From Eledone cirrhosa (Eukaryota), in the NCBI GenBank assembly GCA_964016885.1, contig OZ024740.1:200818001-200882000 (forward strand): a stretch of 64,000 bases of DNA, written 5' to 3'. The translations under genes were made by a program, and so were the position numbers. Below are positions 14,178-29,190 of this stretch, piece by piece. The notes below the pieces were generated by a model. It did no database searches. It worked only from the letters and a program-made list of their open reading frames with translations, and had not been told where the DNA came from. Each line of letters opens with the position of its first letter. Position 1 is the first letter of the stretch.

Positions 14178-14338
14178 AGGAACAATCGGGAGTAACTACA
14201 GTAAGTAAGGTACTCAATACATGGCAGAGTATAGATATTTAATATGGAAATGGCTTCTACGAGACTAGAACTGTTTCATTCGAAGGAAACCATCAGGAAA
14301 TCCCTGATAATTTCCTGTCTCGTAGAAGCGATTTCTAT

Positions 14339-14466
<128 letters not shown>

Positions 14467-14589
14467 TTAAGTATCGAGAGAGAGAAGGAGGGATAGGCGA
14501 TACATGTAGTTATTTGCCAATAGCATATGCAGAGGGTGCCCAATACTAGTGCCGGCAGTGTTAAATATTAGAAGTGTTAATATCTAGTG

Positions 14590-15970
14590 GGCGAAAGAAT
14601 TACCAGAGCGGAAACACGTGGTGAAGTAAATAAAGGAGAACAAATCGTTAAAACATGTTTATTTAAAATAGCACATACGTACGTTTCGCCCGAATGGGCT
14701 TCTCAAGAGCATAAACAACTAAAAAGCGTTCCTTACATGACCCGGAATGGGGTTTTATAAATAAGTTCACGTCAGTGTTCATTCTTCGTAAAAAAACATG
14801 TATTGATTTTGCAGTAGGTCAAGGGAGATAACTCTAGCCGGTGTTAGAGCAGTATTTTCCGGACGACTTTTTTATCCGTTACTACTATGTGGTTACTACC
14901 CTACCATTTTCGATTCGCACAGGGTCAGGTATGCAATGTTAGTTTTGCGATGTTTGTTTGCTGCGCCTGCCCGCCTGGGTTGATTCATGCCGGATCCTGG
15001 ATGCATGGTTAGTTTCCGGATGTTTTTTGCAGCGCCTGCCCGCCGGGGTGTTAAACTTTGGTGCAGGGAGACCCGGTTTACGGTTTCCACTCCTCGTTCT
15101 TATTCCATCTGGAGTAGGATATTTTTAAGCGGTGTGTACAGCTTATCGTCGTTTCAGTTCTGTTGTTGATGAGCTCGTGGGGTGCCGTTATGATATGGTA
15201 GAGCTCCATGAGGCAAAGCTCGCACTTCTTCTTGAAGTTGTACGGTGCTGCTCTGCCGACAATTTCCCAGTGCGTGGAGAAGCTGATGTTTGAGTCTTTT
15301 AATGCTGTGATGTAATTCGCGAGCGAAGTGGGGTGTCTTAGTTTCTTGTTTGCGAAAGAGTGGAGATGTGTTTGAAATCTATTTTTGAACGGGCCAGAGG
15401 TAGCCCCTATTTAATGTTTAACGCTATTATGGCTAGTTACGGTGCACTTATATATAACCCTATCAGTCAGGCAGTTACCCCCAAGGGAGAAGCGTCCCCT
15501 GTCGCGGCAGTTGCAATTTCGGTCGCGGTCCCTTCTAGTTCCCACGGTAAGGCTATTATTATTGCTATCTACGTTGTTACCTACGCTCCTACACCTCTCA
15601 TTAGCACCATTATAACACACTGTGTGCGGGGTGGTACCATTATTATTCCGCACGCAGCAGTGTCTTCCGTTGCCGTCAGGTGACCCGCAGGGGTCACCTG
15701 CATATTCCCCAGTCATGTCGCGGTTATGTTGGTTGCGTCTGTAGGGGCTGTTCCCAGCACTATTGGATGCTGCTAGGGAGTCGTTAAGGCCGATATAGTT
15801 GTTGTCAGGTGTAGATGCATCGGTGCTAAGGTGCTGTGTCTTGGTGATCTTACTGTGATTAGTTGTTCCTATGATGTCTACTAGGTTAGGAGTAGTACAG
15901 AAGGATATTTTTATATTGTTCCTATTAAGGATGTTCCTATACTTATGGTTGGGTGGGAAGTTCTTCTCTA
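14590..15970 (-). mobile_element. 5'-truncated Naiad-like PLE (linker + GIY-YIG + 3' UTR)
   Basis: Minus-strand translation: IEKNFPPNHKYRNILNRNNIKISFCTTPNL...CNCR...GNCLTDRVIYKCTV...H*IGATSGPFKNRF..H..SF...SLANYI...HWEIV...CELCLMEL...INNRTE..SCTHR. Confidence 0.88.
14668..14712 (-). ncRNA. Hammerhead-like motif with variant core (CTTGAGAA)
   Basis: gct-CTTGAGAA-gccc-attc-gggc-GAAA-cgtacg-TA; stem I is weak; lies at the PLE 3' end. Confidence 0.5.
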
Positions 15971-15977
15971 TATAATA

Positions 15978-16082
15978 TGGTGGATTGGCAGAATCGGTAG
16001 AGCGTCAGACTCCATGCTTTGCAGCAAAGAGTTATGGCCCTTTACGTTCTGAGTGCAAATCTCGCCGAGGTTAAATTTGCCA
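15978..16082 (+). mobile_element. tRNA-derived SINE family 1, 5' part
   Basis: A-box tggcagaatcgg and B-box-like gagtgcaaatctc; matches the full copy at 35090-35300. Confidence 0.8.
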
Positions 16083-16194
16083 CCCCTACCTCCCACCAAA
16101 TGCCATGATAGACTTATTTGTGTTTACAACAAATTTTAACCAATCCTCTTGACAACTACAATCTTCCCATATAAGGAAGTACCCCGTTGACAAG

Positions 16195-16368
16195 TTCGGC
16201 TATTTATTCACCAGGCTAAAAGTTCTAATTTAGTCCAGAAATAGCCGTCGATACGGCTTGAGCTCTGCCGTCGGTGTCATACTTTTTCCTATTTCCCACT
16301 CTACTACTCTAAGTATTGAGTACTCAGGTGCGTTATGGTCCATCTGGTTCCTTACCATAATTCTTTTG

Positions 16369-16372
<4 letters not shown>
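16195..16372. mobile_element. Repeat family F copy, opposite orientation, short fold-back
   Basis: ccagaaatagccgtcgatacggcttgagctctgccgtcgg...gagtactcaggtgcgttatggtccatctggttccttacca. Confidence 0.85.
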
Positions 16373-16413
<41 letters not shown>

Positions 16414-16458
16414 CAATGATATTAAATAAATGGAAACTATATTTATAAAACCATATTT

Positions 16459-16519
16459 ATTCTATTATATATATTTCAAGGGTACCAAAAAACTTTGGTA
16501 CGCTTTCATCAGATAAAAT
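16459..16519 (-). ncRNA. Type I hammerhead ribozyme (left arm)
   Basis: Reverse complement of the motif at 16633-16692. Confidence 0.82.
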
Positions 16520-16632
16520 ACAAAGTGTGTATTATAAATTTTGACATAGCCAAGGAAAATACCTTATCAAGGAAAATTCAACTGATAAGGTATGTTCCTT
16601 GGCTCTGTCAAAATTTATAAAACACACTTTGT

Positions 16633-16692
16633 ATTTTATCTGATGAAAGCGTACCAAAGTGTTTGGTACCCTTGAAATATATATAATAGAAT
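16633..16692 (+). ncRNA. Type I hammerhead ribozyme (right arm)
   Basis: attttat-CTGATGA-aagcgtaccaaa-gtg-tttggtaccctt-GAAA-tatata-TA-atagaat. Confidence 0.85.
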
Positions 16693-16836
16693 AAATATGG
16701 TTTTATAAATATAGTTTCCATTTATTTAAGATCATTGAATATTTACTCCAGAAAACTGTCGAGTGCTCTGAATCAGTTATAAGCATTTATATTTGTTGAA
16801 TTTCCAACAAGTTAAATATCCCTTCTGCTTATATAT

Positions 16837-16992
<156 letters not shown>

Positions 16993-17058
16993 TGTGACTT
17001 TAGAAATACGAAATGTCTATACATATCTGTATACAACTATGCCTGAAGCTAAATCCTA

Positions 17059-17227
<169 letters not shown>

Positions 17228-17539
17228 GTGCGTGCGTGTGCGTGTGTGTGCGTGTAGGTGTGAGAAGGATAGAAACAAAACATATTTTGGAAAGTTTACG
17301 ATACACCTGCCCAAAATATTTGTATGCCAAAACATGTAATACAAGAGTTAACAATAAGTATGTATTCTGTTTGTTGGAAAACAGGCTGGTGACAAAATAA
17401 ATTGTAGTAGATTTTAGAAAATACTAGTGTACATGCAACTACCAGACAATACCTGGATGAGCACTCAATACATGTGAGTAGAGTGGGTGCATTGGCTGGA
17501 ACTTCCACATCACTGAACCCTTTTTCTCCATGACATATG

Positions 17540-17607
<68 letters not shown>

Positions 17608-17954
17608 AATATGGGGAGAAGAATACTGCATGGTTGCACATGGATAACATGTTATAAAATGAGTCCCTCATCAGTGATTTGCCAACGGTCATTGGTATTT
17701 CATTGCATTAAAAATCATATACCTCCCGTTGGTGCAATAATAACAAAAATAAGTTATTAGGACAATTAAAACGCGTAAAGCGAGTGAGACAAGTAAACAA
17801 CACAGGGGAAAGCTAACCGAAGATAGGAAGAAACACAAGCTACATAGTTATTCTATCAGTATAAGCTGGGTATATATATATATATATATATATATGTGTA
17901 ATACATGATGGAGGCACATATATATATATATATGTATATATGTAATACATAATG

Positions 17955-18275
17955 GAGGCACGTGGCTTAGTGGTTAGAGCATTGGCCTTGCAATCGAAAG
18001 GTTGTGAGTTCAATTCTCAGACCGGATGATGTGTTGTTTCCTTGAGCAAGATACTTTATTTCACATTGCTCCAGTTTACTCAGCTGTAGAAATGAGATGA
18101 TATGGACTGGGGTCCCTATCATTCCACAGTAAAGTGGTCGTGGAGGTGCCACGGCAAAAAAAGCACCCAGCACTCACTGTAAATGAGGTTGGTGTTAGGA
18201 AGGGCATCCTGCTGTAGAAATCAGGCCAGAATCAGTTCCCGTCCCACCCTTGCAAGCAGGGAAAAGTGGATGTAA
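17955..18275 (+). mobile_element. tRNA-derived SINE family 2 (CORE-like body); related copies near 27230-27480(-), 32500-32600(-), 39914-40130(+), 51600-51910(-)
   Basis: A-box tggcttagtgg, B-box gagttcaattc, then ccttgagcaagatactt. Confidence 0.8.
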
Positions 18276-18348
18276 AATGAAATGAATATATATATGTAAT
18301 ACATATATATATATATATATGTGCATATATGTAATACTTATATATATG

Positions 18349-18395
<47 letters not shown>

Positions 18396-18523
18396 TGTGT
18401 GTCTGTCTAAGTGTGTGCGTTTCTTCGTATGTGTATAAGTGATTACGTATAGATTTATTGATATTATTCGATTGCAAAGAAATACACTCAATATATGAAT
18501 ATGTGAATGCTTGTATGTGCAAA

Positions 18524-18564
<41 letters not shown>

Positions 18565-18836
18565 TTGCACACACAAGCATTCACATATTCATACATTGAC
18601 GGGTCATCGGTGACTAAACCACCAAACCCACCAAGCTTGCTTAGTGAGAGGGTGTTATTTGGACACCCTGTAGGATGAAATACAACACCCGAAGAGCGAA
18701 GGAACTCAGCACAGGCATTACTTGTTCAGGATCTGTCAAAGGTTTGTGTGGCTGGCTGTAGCCTAGAAGTACACCATTTTCTGTAATCTGACAAGCGATT
18801 GTAATACTCTTTCTCTTAGCAGAGTTTGCAGCCATC

Positions 18837-21128
<2,292 letters not shown>

Positions 21129-21169
21129 AATATATATATATATGTATGTAAATATATATATATATTTAT

Positions 21170-24012
21170 GAGAGAACTCATAGTGGGATTGCTCTGTATA
21201 TCCGTGAAGATGTCACACCAATTGTACTGTTGACACATTCAAACTCAGTCTGTGACACACTGATAATACATATGAAGCAACTACAGACAGTAATATGTGT
21301 CACATATCGGCCGCCCGATGCCCCCAGTCATGAGATTAAATTTGAGGATAGTCTAAGTAGGATAGAAGAGGTCCTTGACAAACTGGACCAGGGTCTCAAC
21401 AGCCTACTGCTGGGAGACTTCAACCTACCAAAGGTCAAATGGCCTGAGGGCCACCTCCTCCCTGGAATGACGTCAATAGAACAGAGACAGACGGAATCCC
21501 ACACAGGCTGTTCATGGAGCAAGCAATACTCCTCCCAACAAGTGGCGAAAATGTCCTGGACCTCTGTTTTACAAACAACGAAGTGCTCATCCACAATGTA
21601 AAGGTGACACCAACAATTCTCTCGGATCATAACTTAGTAGAGCTAATGATATGTGGTCCAAGAGAACCAACAGAGACAAAACCACCAAGAAGCTCCGGGA
21701 CGCTATCCAGCCTTAACTTCTACAAGGCTAACTGGTAAAAGATTAAGAGTGAAATCCGGAAGCAAACATGGAGTGAAAACACCGCCACACAAGACACTAA
21801 CACACAATTTCAACACTTCATGACAACGATACACACCATATGCAAAAAGTGTGTCCCGGAGAAAGAGGCAAACAGACACAATAATCTTATTCCCAGAGAT
21901 AGGAAAATCCTTATGAGACGTAGAACTAAACTCTCAAACCAGTTGAATAGTCAACAAAACAAAAACAAGAAGGAATCCTATTTGAAACGTGCACTACTTG
22001 ACACCGAGATTGCACTCAAACTTTCACATGAGAATGAGAGGGCAAAGAAAGAGAACAGGGCTATAGAAAACATTAAAACAAACCCTAAGGCCTTCTTTAA
22101 ATTTGCAAAAGAAACTGCCTCAGTATACTGCAAGATTGGGCCACTCTTCCACACGGACGGTTCATTAACCGAAAACCCCCAAGAGATATGTGAAATACTG
22201 AACGAACAGTACAAAAGTGTCTTCACATGTCCACTGAGGCACATGCAAATAACGAAGCCAGAGGAGTTCTTTGATGCCACAACACTACATCAGGAAATGG
22301 CAACCATCAACCACATAGACATAACAGAGGAGGATGTGGTGTACGCCATTGATGAAATTAGAACAGACTCGGCTGCTGGACCTGATGGATTCCCAGCAGC
22401 TCTCTTAAAAATATGTAAGCGGGCCTTAGCAACTCCACTGAAGATGCTCTTCAGAAGCTCCTTGGCTAGCGGTGTACTACCCAGGGAGCTGAAGGAAGGC
22501 ACAATATGCCCTATCCATAAAGGAGGTAGTAGAGCGGAGGCCAAGAACTATAGGCCAGTCTCCCTGACGTCGCATATCAGTAAGGTCATGGAACGAGTCG
22601 TCAGAAAGAAACTAATCACTTTCCTCGAAGAAAATGACCGCCTGACTAGCACGCAACATGGCTTCCCCCTAGGAAGAAGCTACCTTACACAGCTGCTACA
22701 TCACTATGACTGGGTACTGAGACAACTACTAGACAGCTCACATGTGGACGTGATATATCTTGACTTTGCGAAGGCCTTTGACAAGGTCAACCACGGAATG
22801 ATATGTCACAAACTACACGGACTCGGCATAACTGGAAAAGTAGGTGAGTGGCTGCATGGCTTCCTAAGGGACAGAAGCCAGGCAGTCCCAGCAAATGGGG
22901 CCCTCTCGAGGGAAACACCGATAACAAGTGGGGTGCCCCAGGGGACAGTCCTGGGACCACTACTGTTTTTGGTGGCTCTCTCGGACATGCCCTCTGTGGT
23001 GCATGCAACAATATCCCTCACTAGCTATGCTGATGACACTAAGGTAGCACAGGCAATCAAAAACCCGGCTGACGCTGCCCTTTTACAGCAGGATCTGGAT
23101 GCCATATACAGATGGGCGGAAGAAAACAACATGCAGTTTAATGCTGGCAAATTCCAAGCCCTACAATACAAACCTGCAAACACAAATATAGTGGAACACA
23201 GCTACACAGGACCAGGATGGACCGATATCCCCGTGTCAAAATCGATACGAGACCTGGGCATAGACATGAGCGATGATGCATCTTTTTCTTCACACATCAT
23301 GAAAGTGGCGACAACGTGCAGACAACTCGCTGGCTGGATCTTGAGGACTTTCCGGACAAGAGATCGAGACACCATGTTGACACTGTGGAGGACTTTTGTC
23401 CTAAGCCGCCTGGACTACTGCTCCCAGTTGTGGTCACCCCATAGTGTCAAACTAACCACGGAGCTTGAGGCAATCCAGCGAAGTTACACCAAGAGGATTG
23501 CCAAGCTGAGGGAGACAAGCTACTGGGAGAGGCTAAAGGAACTGAACCTCTACTCCTTGGAGCGAAGACGGGAGAGATACGCAGTGATCTACATGTGGAA
23601 AATCCTGGAGGGACTAGCACCAAACTTTGGCATTGGGAGCTGGACCAACCGTCGAACAGGACGTCACTGTGTGGTGCCAAAGGTCCCGTCTTCCACATCT
23701 AGAATAAGGAGCAGGTATTGCCATAGCCTGGGATTCAAGGGCCCTCAACTCTTCAACAGGCTGCCGAGGCATCTGAGAGACTTGCATGACGTGGAGGTGG
23801 ATGTCTTTAAGAAACATCTCGACACCTTGTTATCCAGGATCCCGGATGAGCCCACAGCAAGACACGAGGGAAAGCTAAGGGCAGCAGCAACAAACTCCCT
23901 CTTACACTAGTGGCCAACCTATACAGGTTGGAGATAAAATGTGTAGCAACAAGGGCGGTGCCCCAGCATGGCCTCAGCCGGATGGCTGAAACAGGTCAAA
24001 GAGTAAAAGAGA
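21170..24012 (+). mobile_element. CR1-group LINE, 5'-truncated
   Basis: APE remnants (YRPP, LLGDFNLP, LDLCF, SDHNLV), long RT ORF, and a 3' end with a short (GAGTAAAA)-type tail. Confidence 0.9.
21820..23910 (+). CDS. LINE reverse transcriptase region, 696-aa open frame (part of an ORF2 that is broken upstream)
   Basis: AAGPDG, NYRPVSLTS, YLDFAKAFDKV, SGVPQGTVLGPLLF, YADDTK, YWERLKELNLYSLERRRER. Confidence 0.88.
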   Translation: MTTIHTICKKCVPEKEANRHNNLIPRDRKILMRRRTKLSNQLNSQQNKNKKESYLKRALLDTEIALKLSHENERAKKENRAIENIKTNPKAFFKFAKETASVYCKIGPLFHTDGSLTENPQEICEILNEQYKSVFTCPLRHMQITKPEEFFDATTLHQEMATINHIDITEEDVVYAIDEIRTDSAAGPDGFPAALLKICKRALATPLKMLFRSSLASGVLPRELKEGTICPIHKGGSRAEAKNYRPVSLTSHISKVMERVVRKKLITFLEENDRLTSTQHGFPLGRSYLTQLLHHYDWVLRQLLDSSHVDVIYLDFAKAFDKVNHGMICHKLHGLGITGKVGEWLHGFLRDRSQAVPANGALSRETPITSGVPQGTVLGPLLFLVALSDMPSVVHATISLTSYADDTKVAQAIKNPADAALLQQDLDAIYRWAEENNMQFNAGKFQALQYKPANTNIVEHSYTGPGWTDIPVSKSIRDLGIDMSDDASFSSHIMKVATTCRQLAGWILRTFRTRDRDTMLTLWRTFVLSRLDYCSQLWSPHSVKLTTELEAIQRSYTKRIAKLRETSYWERLKELNLYSLERRRERYAVIYMWKILEGLAPNFGIGSWTNRRTGRHCVVPKVPSSTSRIRSRYCHSLGFKGPQLFNRLPRHLRDLHDVEVDVFKKHLDTLLSRIPDEPTARHEGKLRAAATNSLLH

Positions 24013-24050
<38 letters not shown>

Positions 24051-25069
24051 TTTAGTGTACTGTATTTGTTTTCTATTTGACTGCTTGTGGCAATAATCAT
24101 ATTTTTTCAATGTGAATTGTTTTTGCCAACGTGATTCACTGTTTGGTCAGACGTGGCTTACCAGGTAAGCCTTACCTCCTCATTGATGTGACGTCACGCG
24201 TCCCTAGGGAGATTACTGTTACCATCACTTGCCTCACGCAACTAAGAGAGCTTAGCCTACCACTTTCTGTCTTTCCTAAACAGAGAGACGACACCCCGCT
24301 GATGTAACGGCCCTATGCCGAATTACGTAATGTGTACTATTATTACCTAATATTCTGCATCTTTTGGTTCGGGACCGGAGAAATTGTTATAACAGTCCCG
24401 GTACTGTATCATATTAACCACACGATGCCGTTTCACTTGCTGTTTAACGAAATTGTCCACTCTGGTGAGCTGGGTTCGAATTTGAATAATACGAACTTAG
24501 TTTTCCATCGAGTGAGTTTGGAAACAGCCGAAGCTATTTCTGTTCTATTCGAATTGCTTCGTCTCCAAATTATATATATAACATAAAAAATACCTTTGTG
24601 TATTTTGTTGCTGTCATATCTGCAGTCGCCCATCATGGAGAACATAATTATATTTGTTCTTAAGTCTGTTGATAGAGTTTGGTAATTTATATTTTTTATT
24701 TTTTTATCACACAAAGATTGAATTAAAAAAATTGGTCCCGTGTATGTTGTGTGTTACTGTATATTCATCTTCTATTCAATCAACATTAGATTTCAGGACA
24801 AACCAGATACAACATCTGAGATAACAACTAGTCCTTAAGGGGACTCCAGTACTGGAGTTACTGTGTGAAACACAACTATAAGTGTGGATCTTACAAGTAG
24901 GCCCAGGAGCAATTTCGTGCATTCTTTGAAACAGGTAATCTTCTTTCAAAGTCAATATACAAATTTGGGTGAAGTGGTTTGAGAGCTGTGGCACAGTGGA
25001 GAACCTCTAAAGAATGTCTGATGACAGTTCTACCCAAGAAGCGTACTCAGAAATTTATTGACATGTTCC

Positions 25070-25440
25070 AGAGCTCAAATACAAGCGCTGCACAAGCGAA
25101 GCCAATGCCTGTGTCTCTCCATAGAAATTTTCAGAACGGTTTTCAAAGAGGTGTACATCTCTAGAAAACTGGTTGGAAAATAACTTCAAAAATCGTTTAT
25201 GTTTGAAAACTGATTTTGAGTGGGAGCCACACAACCCGGATTTAAGCCTTCCAGATTTCTTTCTTTGGCGTTATCTAAAGGATTGGGTGTATGACAAGAA
25301 ACTTTGAACTAAAGTAAAACATCGGGGAAGCGATAATAGCCACCCATAGCTGTATTTGCAAAGACATTATGCTAAATTTCGCCATGTTACTCAAAACACG
25401 CGTGGATTAAAATGGAGATCATTTGGACAAAACCAAGAGA
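25070..25440 (+). pseudogene. Tc1/mariner transposase C-terminal relic
   Basis: WEPHNPDLSLPDFFLWRYLKDWVY (WPxxSPDL motif) at ~25221-25295 and NGDHL near 25415. Confidence 0.75.
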
Positions 25441-25787
25441 AGATAATACATTTTTTATATATTATTTTTAATGGATTGAACTAAACGAAGTTTCATTAGT
25501 TTTTGTCAAATAGTGAATAATGTAGACGAAAATAGTGTTTATTATTCAGTTTTTTTTGTTATTCCTCCTACACACATACAAACGCGCATACACATATATA
25601 CTCTTACATTTTCAAATACACTCACACACTGAATGTATTTATACACAAGTGAATCATATCTATGCGTATGTACATATACACATACTTAAAACCACACGCT
25701 CATACGCACACTCACTCATATATATATATATAGGAGGTCGAAACGGTTTGAGATCTGCCGTCGGGGTTAAACATATTCCTATATATT

Positions 25788-25871
<84 letters not shown>

Positions 25872-28352
25872 TGTGTATATATATATATATGTATACATGT
25901 ATGTATATGTGTGTTTATGTATGAGTTCTGTATATGCACAAACATGCTGCAGTAAACATTTACCTTCACCCACAGCCACACAGATACGCACACACACCTG
26001 GTGAAACCTTCACACATGAAAACTATATTACACTCACACACACATCCAGTCACATATCGTCTTTTTACAAACGGTTTTATTTACATCCCATTCATCCTTA
26101 CTCTTTCCTTCATTCTCTTTGAAACTATCGAAATATAAATACGCTAACTTTGCTTAAGATCATGAAATATCAATAAAAAATAGTCAACTTTGATCTCCGA
26201 AATTTCCATTTATCGATGCTGTATATTCAAGAATCACAGTTCTACATTATTTATCAAAGTCTTATTAAATGGCAGAACCATATACAACGGTGTTCACAGA
26301 AATACAGTTTCAGTCACATAACATTATTTCCAACTTAAACACTTTGGCAGTATGTATTATTGATTGTATTTTTGTTATATTTCTTTCATGTCTTTCATTG
26401 TGTCTTTCACATGTCTCAACTTTATCCTTAATTTATTTATACGAAAAATACTATTTCCCCCATATTTGCTCAATCGTGTCTGCACTGTTTGCAAAATACC
26501 GTTCGTTATTAAAAGACGGCCATTGTCTCATCAGCATCATCGACATCCTCCTGGTCACGATGATGATGAGGATTATATATTATCGTTGTTATTGTTATTG
26601 GGAGTGTTCTGAGTTCAAATCCCACCACTGTCAACTTTACCTTTCATGCTTCCGATGTGGATAAAATAAAGTACTAGTGACTTATTGGGTCGATATAATC
26701 GACATTTCTCTTCCCCCAACGTGTTGACCTTATGCCTAGATTAGAAATCATTTAAGAGAGGCAGATGCGCAGAATCGTTAGAGCGTCGGAAAAATTAATT
26801 TGCGATACTTGTTTATAGGTTTTTACGTCGTTCTGAGTCCACACTAAATGGAGATCAACTTTGCGTCTTTACCTTTCATCCTTCCGGTGTCGATAAAATG
26901 ATGTACCAGTGAAGTACTGGGGTCGATATAATCGACTTTCTCCTTCCCCCAAATTTCTGGCTTCATATTTGAAAGCATGATTATTGACTGGGCTAATCTT
27001 TTTTTTTTTTTCTGTGATTACACTTCAAACCATCTACACGACATAGATACAGGCAGAATTGTGTCTTTATTGAAATGTAGCTACTCTACGTAATATGCGC
27101 AATATGTGTCCAGAAGAGTTATTTTATATTTGATGTTTCATTTAGAATTTAATTGGGATAGTGTGATTAGATTTTATTAATGAATCATTAGGGTATTTGC
27201 TTTCAAATATCTCACAGAACGCAACCTGGTTTCATTAGCGTTTAGCAACTGAGGGTGTAAAATTCCTCTCCTTACAGATTGTGACGCTAGTCCGTCGTAT
27301 GGTTAGCCAGAGCACAACAAACCGCCCATCACACCAGCTGTGTTGTGGGTGGTATATATTTTTTCAGCCGAGTGGACTAAAGCAGAGTGAAATCATGTCT
27401 TGTTGAGGAACATACTACACGTTTCCAGTAGCAGTAAGATCAAACCGAAACCTTTTTGATCATGTGCTCAACACATTTACTATTAGAAACAGAGAGAGCG
27501 GACGTGAGAGAGAAAGGGGGTAGAGAATAGAGAGGGGAGTATCGGGAGAGAGTTCGATCCCCAGAGAAGCTGGAAATGAGAGATGGAAGATGGTGCAGCA
27601 TTTATATCTATCTTTGGAGAGTAAAATTGGATATTTAATTTGATTTAATTTAAATTTCCAGATAAATTGACGTCACACATCTTGGTAATTCCCCTTCAAT
27701 CAACATATAGAAGATTCATTCCAATTTTATCTGAGTCATTCATTCTTTGAATTATAAATACTAAAGCATCGTAGCTCAGCGCGGATAATTAATGAAAGAT
27801 GAGATTGTTAGGTGTATATTAAATAAAAATAATGCTACTTCAAAATTATTCTCATAAGAATTAGATTGTTGTAGTACTTTCCTATCCAATTATTGTTTTC
27901 AATATTACACAGACCACACACACACACAACAAACACACATACACACACCACAAACACATATACAGACACACGCACACACGCGCACACACATGTACATGCA
28001 GAGAGTGGAAAATTAAATAAAAAATAAATATATATTTTTTTAATTAAAATTATTCATTTTTTTTTTTTCAGGCGGAGAAAACATTGGAAATAAAAAAAGA
28101 ACATCTAAAATAAATTTTACTATATTTCTTTTTTCTATAATTTTACTGAGAAGAACGTGGCTTAGTGGTTAGGATGTTCGGCTCATGCTGGAACTGACGG
28201 AATTCAAACTAGATTACAATTTTAATAATGTTTATGAAAGGCTCAGGCATGGCTACTGTTTAAAGAATTTGGTTTGTTATCATGAGGCAAGAGTAATCAT
28301 AGACTCCATTTGACCGATGATTTTGGTGTGATATATGTGTACATATATCACT

Positions 28353-28406
<54 letters not shown>

Positions 28407-28427
28407 AGTATATATATATATATATAA

Positions 28428-28610
28428 CTGTTTCTACTTTTGGCACAAGGCCACCAATTACCCAGTGCATTACTGGTACTTTATTTTATCGACCCCGTAA
28501 GGATGAAAGGCAAAGTCGACCTCGGCCGGATTTGAACTCAGATCGTTAAGGGACGTAACTATGCTGGGAAACATGGCGTCCGACCCTCTACCAATACTGC
28601 CAATCCACCT
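28428..28610 (-). mobile_element. SINE family 1 copy; near-identical to 55632-55815
   Basis: Same A/B boxes and gcctttcatccttacggggtcgataaaataaagtacc body. Confidence 0.85.
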
Positions 28611-28617
28611 ATATATA

Positions 28618-28815
28618 TATAACGAAGGAGGTGTGGTAAGGAACCAGATGGACCATAACGCACCAGAGTACTCAATACTTAGGGCAGTAGAGTGGGTAAT
28701 AGGAAAAAGTTTAACCCCGACGGCAGAGCTCAAGCCGTTTCGACGGCTATTTCTGGTCCAGAAATAGCCGTCGAAACGGCTTGAGCTCTGCCGTCGGGGT
28801 TAAAATGTGTTCCTA
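28618..28815. mobile_element. Fold-back family F, young copy: ~80-bp tail plus near-perfect hairpin centred at 28757
   Basis: ttaaccccgacggcagagctcaagccgtttcgacggctatttctgg-t-ccagaaatagccgtcgaaacggcttgagctctgccgtcggggttaa. Confidence 0.9.
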
Positions 28816-29123
28816 TATATATATATATAAATATATCTGCGTTTACATCAGCTATTAATATATGTCCCGCTTTTCGGCAGAACATAGATCGATAAAATAG
28901 GTACAACAGTAAATCTTTTCAACGCACTGTCCCAGCAATATGTCGCTTCAGATATTTTCAAAACGTTAGCAAAATTTAGTAAATGGATGAATGCATGGAT
29001 ACTTAACACCTGGCGGATTCATGAGGGCACTCTATTGATACTTAAAGGTGAGGCCAATCCCTCAAGGTCGGGAGACAGCTGAATTATTTCAGAGAAAGAG
29101 GGAGAAAGGGAGAGAGAGAGAGG

Positions 29124-29190
<67 letters not shown>

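Larger units (their letters stand above)
16414..16737. mobile_element. ~324-bp fold-back element with a hammerhead in each arm; unique tail 16738-16830
   Basis: Near-perfect inverted arms caatgat...ccttatca and tgataagg...atcattg; flanked by TA/CA microsatellites. Confidence 0.9.

Noticed and set aside
17955-18030. tRNA genes
   Set aside because: A/B boxes are present, but there is no full cloverleaf and each continues into a SINE body.
28700-28760. Twister-like reading of taaccccg...gctcaagcc
   Set aside because: Pseudoknot partners and the closing AGGG/P2 strand could not be found.
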